Of a DNA stretch of 64,000 bases, positions 40,934 through 51,834 are shown piece after piece; the first letter of the stretch is position 1, and every line of letters begins with the position of its first letter. The notes beneath the pieces were generated by a model. That model did not search any database and was not told the DNA's origin. It was given only the letters and a program-made list of their open reading frames with translations. The stretch is taken from the NCBI RefSeq assembly GCF_025370845.1, contig NZ_JAMXFF010000042.1; one strand, 5' to 3'. This DNA is from Laspinema palackyanum D2a (GTDB lineage: Bacteria; Cyanobacteriota; Cyanobacteriia; Cyanobacteriales; Laspinemataceae). A program made the translations under genes and the position numbers.

Positions 40934-41574
40934 AGCTGACAGAAACCCAACAGGATGCCTTAAGCGAACTGCTGAATATGGGTTTCGCTCGCACCGCCTC
41001 GGCCCTCTCAGAACTTACGGGTCATCGGGTGTTATTAGAGGTTCCCGAGGTTTCCATTCACCCGATTGAAGCACTCAGTGCCAAACTCGGGACCTTTGTC
41101 AAGGGTGAAATTGCCACAGTCCAGCAAATTTTTACGGGACGGGTTTCAGGCAATGCCCTGTTATTGTTGAACTATGATGGGGCGGTGCAACTGACCGAGT
41201 TGGTCACTCCCGAACAAGATATCCATCGCGATCGCCTCGATGCTTCGGCGGCAGAAGTGCTCACGGAAATTGGCAATATTTTACTCAACGCCTGCCTGAG
41301 TGTCTTTGGAAATTTGTTACAAATGCAAATCTCCTTTTCCGTTCCTCGGTTACATTTAGAAGCCTTAGATGGGTTACTCCATTCTCTGAGCATTGGTAAG
41401 GCGGAAATGCGGTATGCAATGGTGGTTTATACCGGATTTCGGATGAAGGAAAATTCCATTCACGGGTATTTAGTTATGGTCTTGAGTGTGGTCTCTTTAG
41501 AGAAATTACTCGAAGAGATTGATAAGTGGGCCAGTGAGGAGATAGCGCCCCCTAACCTTTCCATTTCTTCATAA
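40930..41574 (+). CDS. CheC/CheX-like CheY-P phosphatase. The start overlaps the CheY stop (ATGA).
   Basis: DALSELLNMGFARTASALSELTG is the CheC-type signature. Length 214 aa. Confidence 0.55.
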   Translation: MKLTETQQDALSELLNMGFARTASALSELTGHRVLLEVPEVSIHPIEALSAKLGTFVKGEIATVQQIFTGRVSGNALLLLNYDGAVQLTELVTPEQDIHRDRLDASAAEVLTEIGNILLNACLSVFGNLLQMQISFSVPRLHLEALDGLLHSLSIGKAEMRYAMVVYTGFRMKENSIHGYLVMVLSVVSLEKLLEEIDKWASEEIAPPNLSISS

Positions 41575-41614
41575 TGGAATAATCATATTGAGCTGACAAC
41601 AAGGGCTATAGAAA

Positions 41615-43960
41615 ATGAGCAGGATCACCGACCCTTTAAACTCTAATCAGGACCTCCTTCACTGGGTCAATGACTTAGCCGACCGAGGAATATTTACGAC
41701 CGATGCAGCGTTGAATATCCAAAGTTGGAATCATTGGCTGGAACTTTATAGTGGGTTGAATGGGGAGCGGGTGGTGGGGAGAAATTTACTAGAAATTTAT
41801 CCGGAATTAAAGCACCGGCGATTAGATCGATTTTTTCACCAAGCTCTCGCCGGACAAGTGGCTCTGCTCTCTCAGCGCTTACATGAATTTTTGTTACCCA
41901 TGCTCCCCGCCGATGTTTATAAGGGTGTGCCTTATATGCTCCAAAGTGCCCGGATTGCTCCGATTGTGGAAGAATCTCGGGTGATTGGCACGATCGCCAC
42001 TATTGAAGATGTTACAGAACGGGTCCTGCGGGAGTCGGAACTCCAACATCAAATTAAGGAATTAAAACGGACTGAATCGGCGCTGATCGCGACTCAAACC
42101 CAGTTTCAATATTTGTTGTCTTCTAGTCCGGCAGTGATTTATACCTGCCCCCATGATCAGCCCTATTGTCCGACTTTTGTGAGTGAGAATATTCTGGAAC
42201 ATCTGGGATATCGACCGGAAGAAATTATCGGGGACTGCTCGTTTTGGCGCGATCGCCTTCATCCCGATGATGCACCGGAACTATTCTCCAGCATCAAACA
42301 GTTGTACCAGACGGGTCATTCCCTCAGCGAGTATCGGTTCCAGCACTCCGACGGCAGCTATGGATGGGTGCGAGATGAAATGAAGCTGATTTGCCGGGGA
42401 CCGAAGCAGGGTGAAGAAATTGTGGGGGCGTTATATGATATCACCGAGCGCAAACGCGCCGAAGAACAGGTGCGCCAGCAGGCCGCCCTCCTGGACGTTG
42501 CCACCGATGCAATTTGGGTCAAAGACCTTGATCAGAATATTCGGTTTTGGAATAAAGGGGCAGAAAAATTATATGGTTGGACCCGCCAGGAAGCGATCGC
42601 CCAAACCAGCAGTCAGCTGTTTGATGTTAAAAGCGCTACAGAACTCAACAGCGTGGAGCAAACGGTCCTCACAACGGGGGAATGGCATGGAGAGTTAGAG
42701 CAAGTCACCAAATCGGGTAAATGCATCACCGTTGCCAGTCGCCAGACCCTGGTGCGGGACGAGCGCGATCGCCCCCGTGCCATCCTCGCGGTGAATACGG
42801 ATATTACCGATAAAAAACAACTAGAAGCCCAGTTTTTGCGAGCGCAACGCCTCGAAAGTATCGGCACCTTAGCCAGTGGCATTGCCCATGATTTGAACAA
42901 TATTCTCACCCCCATTTTAGGGGCGGTGCAACTGCTGCAAATGTTTCCCTTAAACGCCCAGCAAATGCGCTTAATTTCCATGCTAGAAATTAATACCTTG
43001 CGCGGCGCGGACCTGCTGAAACAAGTGCTTTCTTTTGCTAAAGGGTTAGATGGCGATCGCACCCTGCTCCAACTCAAACACCTGATTGATGAAATCACGG
43101 CGATCGCCCGGGAAACCTTTCCCAAATCCATTGAAATTTCCACGGCGATCGACCCCCAACTCTGGTTAGTTTCCGGGGACCCGACTCATCTCCATCAAAT
43201 CCTGATGAATCTGTGCGTCAATGCTCGCGATGCCATGCCCACCGGGGGCATTTTATCCATTGAAGCTCAAAATATCACCCTCACCCCATCCCAGTTAATC
43301 CTAGACCCGGAGGCTAAAGTTGGCCCTTATATTAAACTCACGGTTCGAGATACCGGAACCGGCATCCCTCCGGAAATTTTAGGCCGCTTATTTGAACCTT
43401 TTTTTACCACCAAAGGATTAGGAAAAGGCACCGGATTAGGGTTGCCCACGGTTCGAGGCATCGTTAAAAATCATGGCGGGTTTTTATTGGTTTCCAGTCA
43501 AGTTGAGAAAGGCACCGCCTTCACCGTGTACTTGCCTGCAATTCAGGGAACTCCAGCTCTCACTTCAGAACCCACCGAACTCTGTTTTGGCTCCGGTGAG
43601 TTAATTTTAGTCGTAGATGATGAAGTTGCCATCTGCGAAATTGCTCAAGCCCTCCTGCAAAAATTTGGCTATCATGTTTTAACCGCTGCTGATGGCATGG
43701 AAGCCATTTCCCTCTACAGTCAACGGTCCTCAGAAATTGCCGTGGTGATTCTGGATATGATGATGCCTTTAATGGATGGAGCGCTCACTTTAAAAGCCCT
43801 TCAAAAAATTAATCCCTCAGTTAAAATTATTGCCGTGAGCGGACTCGTCAGCAATCTTCCCCTCTCTAAATCGGGAGAAAATACTTCCCCCACCTATTTA
43901 TCTAAACCCTATAAAACCCGCGATTTACTACGCTTAATCCGCCAACAGATTGAGCCATAA
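41615..43960 (+). CDS. Cytoplasmic PAS-PAS-HisKA-HATPase-REC hybrid histidine kinase
   Basis: ESIGTLASGIAHDLNNILTPI H-box. HATPase region (...GTGLGLPTVRGIVKNHGG...). Receiver LILVVDDEVAICEIAQ...DMMMPLMDG. Confidence 0.8.
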   Translation: MSRITDPLNSNQDLLHWVNDLADRGIFTTDAALNIQSWNHWLELYSGLNGERVVGRNLLEIYPELKHRRLDRFFHQALAGQVALLSQRLHEFLLPMLPADVYKGVPYMLQSARIAPIVEESRVIGTIATIEDVTERVLRESELQHQIKELKRTESALIATQTQFQYLLSSSPAVIYTCPHDQPYCPTFVSENILEHLGYRPEEIIGDCSFWRDRLHPDDAPELFSSIKQLYQTGHSLSEYRFQHSDGSYGWVRDEMKLICRGPKQGEEIVGALYDITERKRAEEQVRQQAALLDVATDAIWVKDLDQNIRFWNKGAEKLYGWTRQEAIAQTSSQLFDVKSATELNSVEQTVLTTGEWHGELEQVTKSGKCITVASRQTLVRDERDRPRAILAVNTDITDKKQLEAQFLRAQRLESIGTLASGIAHDLNNILTPILGAVQLLQMFPLNAQQMRLISMLEINTLRGADLLKQVLSFAKGLDGDRTLLQLKHLIDEITAIARETFPKSIEISTAIDPQLWLVSGDPTHLHQILMNLCVNARDAMPTGGILSIEAQNITLTPSQLILDPEAKVGPYIKLTVRDTGTGIPPEILGRLFEPFFTTKGLGKGTGLGLPTVRGIVKNHGGFLLVSSQVEKGTAFTVYLPAIQGTPALTSEPTELCFGSGELILVVDDEVAICEIAQALLQKFGYHVLTAADGMEAISLYSQRSSEIAVVILDMMMPLMDGALTLKALQKINPSVKIIAVSGLVSNLPLSKSGENTSPTYLSKPYKTRDLLRLIRQQIEP

Positions 43961-44051
43961 TAACCAAGGGGGGTATCACTGCATAGGAAAATCCCCCTGA
44001 ACGTCAAAACCCTACTCTTGTCAGGGTTCTGATCCCCCCCTTGTTCTCAAC

Positions 44052-44633
44052 TTAAGCGTTCAACTTGGTTAACATTTCTGCCACTTTTGCACCAATATTT
44101 TCCACCGCTTCTTGCTGTTGGGGGTCTTTTAACGTCCCCGATTCTGTAAACGCTTCAAATGCTTGGGGAATAGCAATTTGATTCGGTAAAACAACCATAC
44201 TAATATTCGCCAGCAGTTCGCGGAGTTGAGCCAAACCCCGTAATCCCCCTAAACCACCGGGAGAGGTACTCATAATTCCTACCAATTTCCCGGAAAAAGC
44301 CGCCAGCATGGGTTCACCGGGAGCAGGACGAGATACCCAGTCGATCGCATTTTTAAGCAGGGGACTAATGGTGCTATTATACTCCGGAGAAGCAATCAAC
44401 AAGCCTTGATGAGCAAAGAAAAGCGATTTCAACTCCTGAGCATATCTTGGCATTCCCTCTGCTGCTTCTAAGTCTTGGTCATACAGAGGCATGGGGAAAT
44501 CTCGCAGGTCAATATAAGTAACCTCTGCACCGGCTTTTCTACCGCCATTGGCGGCAATTTGGACCAGTTTTTTGTTAAATGACGCTTCGCGAGCGCTTCC
44601 GGCAAAGGCGAGAATTTTGGGGGGATTAGACAT
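44052..44633 (-). CDS. NADPH-dependent FMN reductase-family flavoprotein
   Basis: MSNPPKILAFAGSAREASFNKKLVQIA...DLRDFPMPLYDQD... flavodoxin-like NADPH-FMN reductase pattern. Start is at the internal ATG; the ORF extends to 44768. Confidence 0.65.
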   Translation of the reverse strand: MSNPPKILAFAGSAREASFNKKLVQIAANGGRKAGAEVTYIDLRDFPMPLYDQDLEAAEGMPRYAQELKSLFFAHQGLLIASPEYNSTISPLLKNAIDWVSRPAPGEPMLAAFSGKLVGIMSTSPGGLGGLRGLAQLRELLANISMVVLPNQIAIPQAFEAFTESGTLKDPQQQEAVENIGAKVAEMLTKLNA

Positions 44634-44819
44634 CGTTACTCCTACGGTTTGTTCGTTCAAAAATGGATGATTCCAAAGGGACTTAGCCCAGAAGTCATCA
44701 TAGCCCATTTGTGGGCCAAATCGCCCCGGGACAGAATTGTTCTGATTTGATTTTCCTCCCCGACTCATCCCTTACAAGAGTAGGTTTTTCCGTTCAGGGG
44801 GATTTGCCTCACATTTAAG

Positions 44820-45297
44820 CTCATTTCCGGTCCGGTCCCCTCCCCTTGCCAAGGGGAGGGTTAGGGTGGGGTCTTCTTGACGCGCTTAAGCGCGTCAAGA
44901 AGAAAGAAGTTTTCCCGGCCTCCATACAGGCACGATCGCCTCGTGAGAGTGCGTTATGTGGCGGTAAGCGGAGCTATCCCGTAGGGAATCGCCACATAAC
45001 GAGAACCCCACCCTAACCCTCCCCTTGCCAAGGGGAGGGGACCGGAGGTGTAGTTAATATAACGGGGAATCACCAGGAACGTAAACAAGCTACTCTTGCA
45101 AGTAGACTCATCCCGGGGTACTCTGCACTCCAATCACTCGCGATTGTCGATTTGCGCCCGTTGTAAGCGTCCGGATAAGCACATAACGAGAACCCCACCC
45201 TAACCCTCCCCTTGCCAAGGGGAGGGGACCGGAGGTGCTCTTAAGCGTAAACAACCTACTCTTGTAAGGACTCATCCCGGGGTACTCTGAACTCCAA
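44820..45297. repeat. GC-rich palindromic repeat family (CCCCTCCCCTTGCCAAGGGGAGGGG core) in both orientations. Includes a ~175-bp tandem duplication that copies the last ~75 bp of the ALDH gene.
   Basis: cacataacgagaaccccaccctaaccctccccttgccaaggggaggggaccggaggtg occurs twice. The reverse-complement copy sits at ~44826. The gene 3' end actcatcccggggtactctg(c/a)actccaatcactcgcgatt(g/a)tcgatttgcgcccgttgtaagcgtccgga occurs at ~45105-45175 and 45270-45345. Confidence 0.8.
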
Positions 45298-46785
45298 TCA
45301 CTCGCGATTATCGATTTGCGCCCGTTGTAAGCGTCCGGAAAAATCTACATAGACCGTTTTCCATTCCGTAAACACATCTAGGGCGGCTGTCCCCGCCTCA
45401 CGATGTCCGTTGCCGGTTTGTTTGACTCCTCCAAAGGGTAAATGCACCTCAGCACCAATGGTTGGACCGTTAATATAAGTAATTCCGGCTTCAATATCGC
45501 GCATGGCTTGAAACGCCCGATTCACATCGCGAGTATAAACAGAAGAAGATAAACCGTAGGAGGTATCATTGAGAATGGCGATCGCCTCTTCAAACGAAGA
45601 AATTTCTATCAACGCCACCACTGGACCGAAAATTTCTTCTCGCGCCACCCGCATATTGGGCGTTACTCCATCCAGGATAGTGGGCTCAAAAAAGAATCCC
45701 CCGGTGAGGTTGCCCTCGGTTGTGCGATGGCCCCCGATTAAAATCTGGGCTCCCTCTTGACGAGCAATTTCGATATACTCCTCAATGGTATTCAGTTGCG
45801 TGGCATTGACAATGGGCCCGATGTCCGTATTGGGGTCTGTTCCGGGACCCAAACGGAGTTTCCGGGTGCGATCGACCAGCATTTCGGTAAACTTATCCTT
45901 AATATCCCGATGCAGCAGGAGACGACTGGTGGCGGTGCACCGTTGCCCACTCGTGCCAAAAGCGCCCCAGACTGCCCCTTCCAGGGCTAATTCTAAATCC
46001 GCATCCTCCATCACCACCTGGGCATTTTTCCCCCCCAATTCCAAACAAACCCGCTTGTGCTGTTTGGCGCAGATTGCCGCTACTTCTGCGCCGGTTTGTG
46101 AGGACCCGGTTAATGAAATTAAATTGACGTCGCGATGTTCTACCAAAGCTTTTCCCGTTTCTTCTCCCAACCCATGCACGAGGTTGACGACCCCCGGGGG
46201 AAATCCGGCATCATGGAAAACCTGAAACAGCAAGTGAGTCACCGCCGGGGTGTCTTCGGACGGTTTCAGAACAAGGGTATTGCCGCAGACTAAGGCAGGC
46301 ATTGCTTTCCAACAGGGAATGGCAACGGGAAAATTCCAAGGGGTGATTAACCCGCAGACGCCGATGGGCATTCGTACCGTCATCGCAAATTTATTTTCCA
46401 TTTCCGAAGTTGTGGTTTGTCCGAACAGACGGCGACCTTCTCCGGCATAATAAAAGGCGCAGTCAATGCCTTCTTGGACATCGCCATTGGCTTCAGTCAA
46501 GGGTTTTCCCATTTCCTGGCTCATTAAGTAGGCGAGTTCGGCTTTGCGATCGCGCAATAATTCCCCGAAGCGGTATAAAAATTCCGCCCGTTCAGGTGCC
46601 GGAACCAGTCGCCAAGTGCGATAGGCATGGCGGGCGGCAGTGACGGCCATTTCTATATCAATATCCCCCGATCGCCCAAAGGTGGCAACCAGTTCGCGCC
46701 AGTGGGCGGGATTGCGGCTTTCCATCGTTTCCCCAGAGGCGGGGGGTAACCAGTGACCCTCAATATAATTCAGACAAGTGTGCAT
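45298..46785 (-). CDS. NAD(P)+-dependent aldehyde dehydrogenase family protein
   Basis: ...[18 protein letters not shown]... and ...[11 protein letters not shown]... ALDH signatures. Length 495 aa. Confidence 0.85.
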   Translation of the reverse strand: MHTCLNYIEGHWLPPASGETMESRNPAHWRELVATFGRSGDIDIEMAVTAARHAYRTWRLVPAPERAEFLYRFGELLRDRKAELAYLMSQEMGKPLTEANGDVQEGIDCAFYYAGEGRRLFGQTTTSEMENKFAMTVRMPIGVCGLITPWNFPVAIPCWKAMPALVCGNTLVLKPSEDTPAVTHLLFQVFHDAGFPPGVVNLVHGLGEETGKALVEHRDVNLISLTGSSQTGAEVAAICAKQHKRVCLELGGKNAQVVMEDADLELALEGAVWGAFGTSGQRCTATSRLLLHRDIKDKFTEMLVDRTRKLRLGPGTDPNTDIGPIVNATQLNTIEEYIEIARQEGAQILIGGHRTTEGNLTGGFFFEPTILDGVTPNMRVAREEIFGPVVALIEISSFEEAIAILNDTSYGLSSSVYTRDVNRAFQAMRDIEAGITYINGPTIGAEVHLPFGGVKQTGNGHREAGTAALDVFTEWKTVYVDFSGRLQRAQIDNRE

Positions 46786-46817
46786 GATTAATCCGGGCTA
46801 AGATAGATAGGGACAGC

Positions 46818-47924
46818 TTACAACCAATGATGAGCTATCTCGATTCCCCGAGTTGTCATAATTGATTCAAACAACGGGGTGGGTAAGGCTTGTTCTACGG
46901 GCCATACACCGGGTTTAGTGAGTTTTCCTTTCAGCATCAGTTCGGCGATCGTCCCGGTGCCGATTCCGGTGGCAACAGCGGCGCTATGATGAACCACGGC
47001 ACTGCAAATGGTGGCGGGTTGTCCTTCGGCGTTGCGTCCGTTGACTTCCGATCGCACTGCCACTCCGGTCCCGCTAAATTTGTCCGTGACTCCCGTCATC
47101 CGGTAGCTGACTTGGGATAAAAACTCGACTACAGCAGAATTTTTCAGGGCGGCTGAGGGCCATAAATTTGCTACCATCCAGGTTAAATGGTTGTACAAAT
47201 CCGGGGAAGTGCCGAATTTGGTAATGGCGGTTTTGACCGGGAAGGAGTCGGGTAAGGTGAAGGCTTCGGGCATATCAAACCAGTAAACTCCCACCTTGCC
47301 GTAGGGTGGGGGAAACTCGATGGTTTCGCGATCGGTATAGGGTTTCACCGGTTTCCATTGACCATCAACCCAGGCATCAAAGGGGTTTTGTAAGCCTAAA
47401 AAGGTGGTTCGCATGACGGTGACTCCGGCACCGCCTGAACCCCCGACAACATAGCTTAAATGGATGCGATCGGCTTCTTGAAGTTGTTCGACTCCTTGGC
47501 GAACCATACTATTAGAAATTCCGGGAAAAATGCCGGTATTAATGATGGCGGTTACCCCTGCTTTTTCGGCGGCGTCTTGCAATGCCAGGGCCCTGCGGGT
47601 GAATCCTCGGTTATCGCTAACATCGGTATAGTTGACGCCGCGATCGATGCAAAGTTGGAGGACTCGGGCATCGCGGTGATGGAAGGGTCCGGCACTATGG
47701 ATGACGAGATCGCTTTCGGCGATCGCCTGGGATAATCCGGCGCGATCGTCTAAATGTACCGCCCGAAATTGGACGCGATCGCCTAAAGTCTCATCCACGG
47801 ATTTTCCCGGTGTCTTGTCCCGTCCGGTGACCGTAATTTCTGCATCGGTATGGGCGATCAAATCTTGGGCAATGCTGCTGCCGATGCGTCCCCGTCCGCC
47901 AATAATCAAAACTCGCTGGCTCAT
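46818..47924 (-). CDS. Saccharopine dehydrogenase-like NAD(P)-binding oxidoreductase
   Basis: MSQRVLIIGGRGRIGSSIAQDL Rossmann start. Overall length and composition resemble saccharopine dehydrogenase family proteins. Sits 32 bp upstream of the ALDH gene, same strand. Confidence 0.6.
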   Translation of the reverse strand: MSQRVLIIGGRGRIGSSIAQDLIAHTDAEITVTGRDKTPGKSVDETLGDRVQFRAVHLDDRAGLSQAIAESDLVIHSAGPFHHRDARVLQLCIDRGVNYTDVSDNRGFTRRALALQDAAEKAGVTAIINTGIFPGISNSMVRQGVEQLQEADRIHLSYVVGGSGGAGVTVMRTTFLGLQNPFDAWVDGQWKPVKPYTDRETIEFPPPYGKVGVYWFDMPEAFTLPDSFPVKTAITKFGTSPDLYNHLTWMVANLWPSAALKNSAVVEFLSQVSYRMTGVTDKFSGTGVAVRSEVNGRNAEGQPATICSAVVHHSAAVATGIGTGTIAELMLKGKLTKPGVWPVEQALPTPLFESIMTTRGIEIAHHWL

Positions 47925-48217
47925 GTCTTTAATCCGTAACAATATCTTCATTGCAACATTTTTCTCTAAATCTGGCATCTATACGAAGAAAGATCGCCAG
48001 GGAGTGAGTACAGAATGGGTTCTGGATTTGATGTGGGCCGGACTTTCCTCAACTCCAGGGAATCAAGGGTCATCTTCGCCCAACCCCAGAGGAATGGTGG
48101 CCTAAATTTGCCTTCAAGTCTTGGATTCCTTGCCTCAATACCAGGGTTTTGCAAAAATAGCTGCCTTAAATTTAGGGCAGCTATAGAACATCCTTCAGGG
48201 AGGAGGGATTTGCCGGA

Positions 48218-49471
48218 TCAGAGGCGATCGCCCCGGAGGGTTACCTTTCTTTTCTCCAACCTCGATCCATACCAATTCATCAACGGAGTCGCACTAATTC
48301 CATGCACAATGGCCGAAATCACGAGAGTGAGAAACACAACCCAAGCGATTTTTTCCCCCGTTTCTCCTTCTAACCCTTCGCCCATCGCATAAGTGAGATA
48401 ATAGACCGAACCGACGCCCCGAATCCCAAACCACCCCATCAATACCCGTTTTGAGCGATGAAAATTTGAGCCAATGGTACTAATCCAAGTTCCCAGGGGA
48501 CGAATAATAAACAACAAAAATCCCGCTACGATTAAAGTATCTGCGGCATACTTTAAGCTCGGTTCTATTCTCAACATAGAACCGATTAACAAGATAGTTC
48601 CTACTTCTAGGAGTTTTTCTACCCGGTCCGTCAATCTCAGTTGAGACTCGGTTCGTTCGGAATCGCGGCTGTAGCTTCTGCGGACTGTCATTCCCGCGAC
48701 AAATACCGCCAGAAATCCGTATCCATTAATCACTTCTGTCAGGGAATAGGCCAGTAAAATGGTACTCAAGGCAATAAAATCCTGCATCAGTTCATCCACG
48801 GGACGAACGCGATTCAATTGTTTTTCGATCCAAACAATGGCCGAAGCGACGACAATTCCCATGCCGATACCAGCGGCGAGCGCCCAAATTAAATCAATCA
48901 CCAACCACTCATAAATCCAGTTGTTGACATTGCTATCTTTTAACGCATATAACCCAAAATAAACAAACGGAAAAGCCAGCGCATCATTTAAACCCCCTTC
49001 AGAGGTTAAGCCAAAGCGGAGTTCATCTTTATCCTCAACATGAGCCAGTTGAACTTCTGATGCCAAAACTGGATCCGTGGGGGAGAGAATGGCCCCGAGT
49101 AAAATCGCCGCCCCCCAATCCAAGTCCAAAAACAAGTGCCCAACCACGGCGATCCCTACAATAGAAATCGGCATCAAAAGTCCAATTAATCGGGCCGTGG
49201 TCTGCCACGCCCAAAATTTGAGCGGACGATTCATTTTTAGTCCGCAACTAAACAACGAAATAATCACGACTAATTCAGTCAATCGCTCCAGAAAATTGGC
49301 ATCTGGGCGCACCAGAATTAATCTCATTCCATAAGGACCCATGAAAATACCAACGGCTAAATAAATCAGGGCATAAGAAAGCGGCAATCGCTTAATCCAC
49401 CCCGAAAACACAGTCACTGAGAGCAGTAACAAACCGATAGCCAGCATATCGAGAATATAAATGTCTACCAA
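48218..49471 (-). CDS. Na+/H+ antiporter (CPA1/NhaP-type)
   Basis: Polytopic membrane protein, 417 aa, with Na_H_exchanger-like segments (...GLNDALAFPFVYFGL...). Confidence 0.75.
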   Translation of the reverse strand: MVDIYILDMLAIGLLLLSVTVFSGWIKRLPLSYALIYLAVGIFMGPYGMRLILVRPDANFLERLTELVVIISLFSCGLKMNRPLKFWAWQTTARLIGLLMPISIVGIAVVGHLFLDLDWGAAILLGAILSPTDPVLASEVQLAHVEDKDELRFGLTSEGGLNDALAFPFVYFGLYALKDSNVNNWIYEWLVIDLIWALAAGIGMGIVVASAIVWIEKQLNRVRPVDELMQDFIALSTILLAYSLTEVINGYGFLAVFVAGMTVRRSYSRDSERTESQLRLTDRVEKLLEVGTILLIGSMLRIEPSLKYAADTLIVAGFLLFIIRPLGTWISTIGSNFHRSKRVLMGWFGIRGVGSVYYLTYAMGEGLEGETGEKIAWVVFLTLVISAIVHGISATPLMNWYGSRLEKRKVTLRGDRL

Positions 49472-49788
49472 AGTGATTACACCTTTTTTGTTAATGAAGG
49501 AAGATTACGAATAATTAGCGAAAGTTTCTACCAACATTCGAGACAAAAAATCATCTTAATAACGGATGAAATTATGCTATTTATTGCCCGGTTAAATAGG
49601 ACTAAAAAAACCATAAACCTTCCGGTTTATGGTTTCTTAGTACAATGAAATGCCATAGTCCTCCCCAATTGGGGAGGATGCGGAAGATTGAGTCAAGCTA
49701 TTTGTCAACCCATTCCAGAAGTAAGACTGGGTAATTCTTAGGGCTTTAGATTCGTTTTGTAAATCTTAAAGTCAACAATTTATGAGCC

Positions 49789-51489
49789 TTAGCTGGACAA
49801 ATTAAACACCGAACTTGCCATTGATTTGACCGAATTGGTGGCATCTTTTAAGGTTTGGCTCATCGGTTGCTGTTGGAATAAGAAGACCCGGGCACAGTTG
49901 CGTCCGGGCATCCCGGAAATTGAGCCACCGGGATGAGTACCGGCGCCGGTTAAAAACAACCCATCAATGGGGGTTTTGTAGTTGGCAATTTCTGGGAGAG
50001 GACGGAAGAAAATCATCTGGTCTAAGGTCATGTCAATATGATAGTGATTTCCCTTATAAGACCCGAGGCGAGCGCTCAGTTCCGGTGGACTTTCTACCCG
50101 GCGCGCAATAATGGAATTTTTGATATTCGGCGCATAATCGGATAGTTTATCAATCAGGCGATCGGCCACTTTGTTTTTGAGTTCGTCAGTCCACCCGGTG
50201 CCATTTTGTCCGGTTCCTTCTGCGCCGTGAATTTGATAAGGGGCGAAGAATTCGACCCACAGGGTATGCTTTCCGTCTGGGGCCATTGAGGGGTCAAGAA
50301 CCGTGGGGACGACGGCATAGAGGGAGGGATTTTCATCCGGAATCCTGCCGAGTTGACAGAGACTATGACCTTCTTCCACATGATGAACGGAATCGGCAAT
50401 AACGACCGACCCAATTAAATACTCATCTTTGTGATTGTAGGCTTCAAATCGGGGCATTTCTGAGAGAGCACAGTCCAGTTTGAGGATGCTTTCATTGTTG
50501 TTAACAATGCGGCGGTCTACGCGATCGCGTAAGTTGGGGTCGCTGGAATCAACATCTCCTGGATTGACTAAATCTAAGAAGACTCGTTTGGCATCAATAT
50601 TGGAAATAACCCCTTCTTTGGCGCGATATTCTTGACCTCCGTCCACCCGGACACCAACGGCGCGATTATTATCGACTAAAATGCGTTCAACGCCGCGATC
50701 GCATAAAATTTCACCCCCGAGACTGGTGACTCGATTGACTAACGCTTGGGTGAGTGCGCCGGTCCCTCCTCGGGGTCTTGCCATCCCAGGATTGTGCCGC
50801 ATTGCCATCATAATTGCACCCACAGACATCCCTTTTTGTGAGGGAGGGACGCTCATTTCTGCGGCGAGTCTAGCTAAGGGTGCTTTAACCACTTCGGTAT
50901 CAAACCATTCCTCTAACATATCTTGAGGACTACTGAGCATGGTTCGGGCAAAATCGAGGATTTTATCGGGACTTCCCAGTAAGGATAGCAAGTCTTTAAT
51001 TTTATCGAAATTATAATTGCCCGTGATATCGATAATTGATTTAGGCGGCGCATTAAAGATGGGGGCGATCGCATTCAAAACTCGCTGCCAATATTCGACA
51101 AATTCTCCATATTTCTGGGCATCACGCTCACTGTAGCGGGCAATTTCCCGACAAGTCTGGTCTACGGATTTATGACCCAGGAAATATTTCCCATCGGGTT
51201 GCGGACAAAACAGGACCGGATCGCAATACAGATACTCTAATCCGTATTTTTTCAGCTCTAATTCTTCCACCACGGGTCCGAGATGGATAAATTCATGGTC
51301 GATCGCACAGAGGTTAAATTTAAAGCCAGGTGCTTCTTCCGGCAAAGATTCTTCTGTCGTTGCTGCACCCCCGGGAACTGAGCGTTTTTCTAATAGCAAA
51401 ACACTTTTACCCGCCTTTAAAAGGTACGCAGCACAAACTAGGCCGTTATGACCGGCTCCAATTATAATTACATCGTACTGGGACATCAA
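49789..51489 (-). CDS. FAD-dependent oxidoreductase of the phytoene-desaturase (CrtI) family
   Basis: MMSQYDVIIIGAGHNGLVCAAYLLKAGKSVLLLEKRSVPGGAATTEE dinucleotide-binding start. Length 566 aa. Confidence 0.7.
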   Translation of the reverse strand: MMSQYDVIIIGAGHNGLVCAAYLLKAGKSVLLLEKRSVPGGAATTEESLPEEAPGFKFNLCAIDHEFIHLGPVVEELELKKYGLEYLYCDPVLFCPQPDGKYFLGHKSVDQTCREIARYSERDAQKYGEFVEYWQRVLNAIAPIFNAPPKSIIDITGNYNFDKIKDLLSLLGSPDKILDFARTMLSSPQDMLEEWFDTEVVKAPLARLAAEMSVPPSQKGMSVGAIMMAMRHNPGMARPRGGTGALTQALVNRVTSLGGEILCDRGVERILVDNNRAVGVRVDGGQEYRAKEGVISNIDAKRVFLDLVNPGDVDSSDPNLRDRVDRRIVNNNESILKLDCALSEMPRFEAYNHKDEYLIGSVVIADSVHHVEEGHSLCQLGRIPDENPSLYAVVPTVLDPSMAPDGKHTLWVEFFAPYQIHGAEGTGQNGTGWTDELKNKVADRLIDKLSDYAPNIKNSIIARRVESPPELSARLGSYKGNHYHIDMTLDQMIFFRPLPEIANYKTPIDGLFLTGAGTHPGGSISGMPGRNCARVFLFQQQPMSQTLKDATNSVKSMASSVFNLSS

Positions 51490-51834
51490 AAAACTCCTGT
51501 TAAATTCCCGCTTGCTGTGAATTTTACAAAACTTAATCCTCCGGTGGATTCTATCTCCAGAAAGAGATTGTGCCAGGGGGAGGGCTGATTTTTAATCCCT
51601 GTACCGGAGCCAAAAAGGAGTCAATCGATGGATTGTTGCTGAAATTTATGCTATATTAAGTGCTGATTTAAGATTGAAGGCGATGGAGCTCGCCAGAACC
51701 GCCGATTCAGCGATCCCAATGGGAGGCTGAAGGGCTGATGGCTCCTACCTGTCCGGGCTGAATGCCGGGAGGTAGGGCGCAAGCTCAATCCACTCCTGGA
51801 CCAGCCACTTCACACCTGTTCAGGAGCATAACGA

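Noticed and set aside
42613-43143. ORF 42613..43143 (-), 176 aa
   Set aside because: It is antisense within the well-supported PAS-HisKA-HATPase kinase gene, and its Arg/Ser-rich composition is typical of a GC-rich antisense frame.
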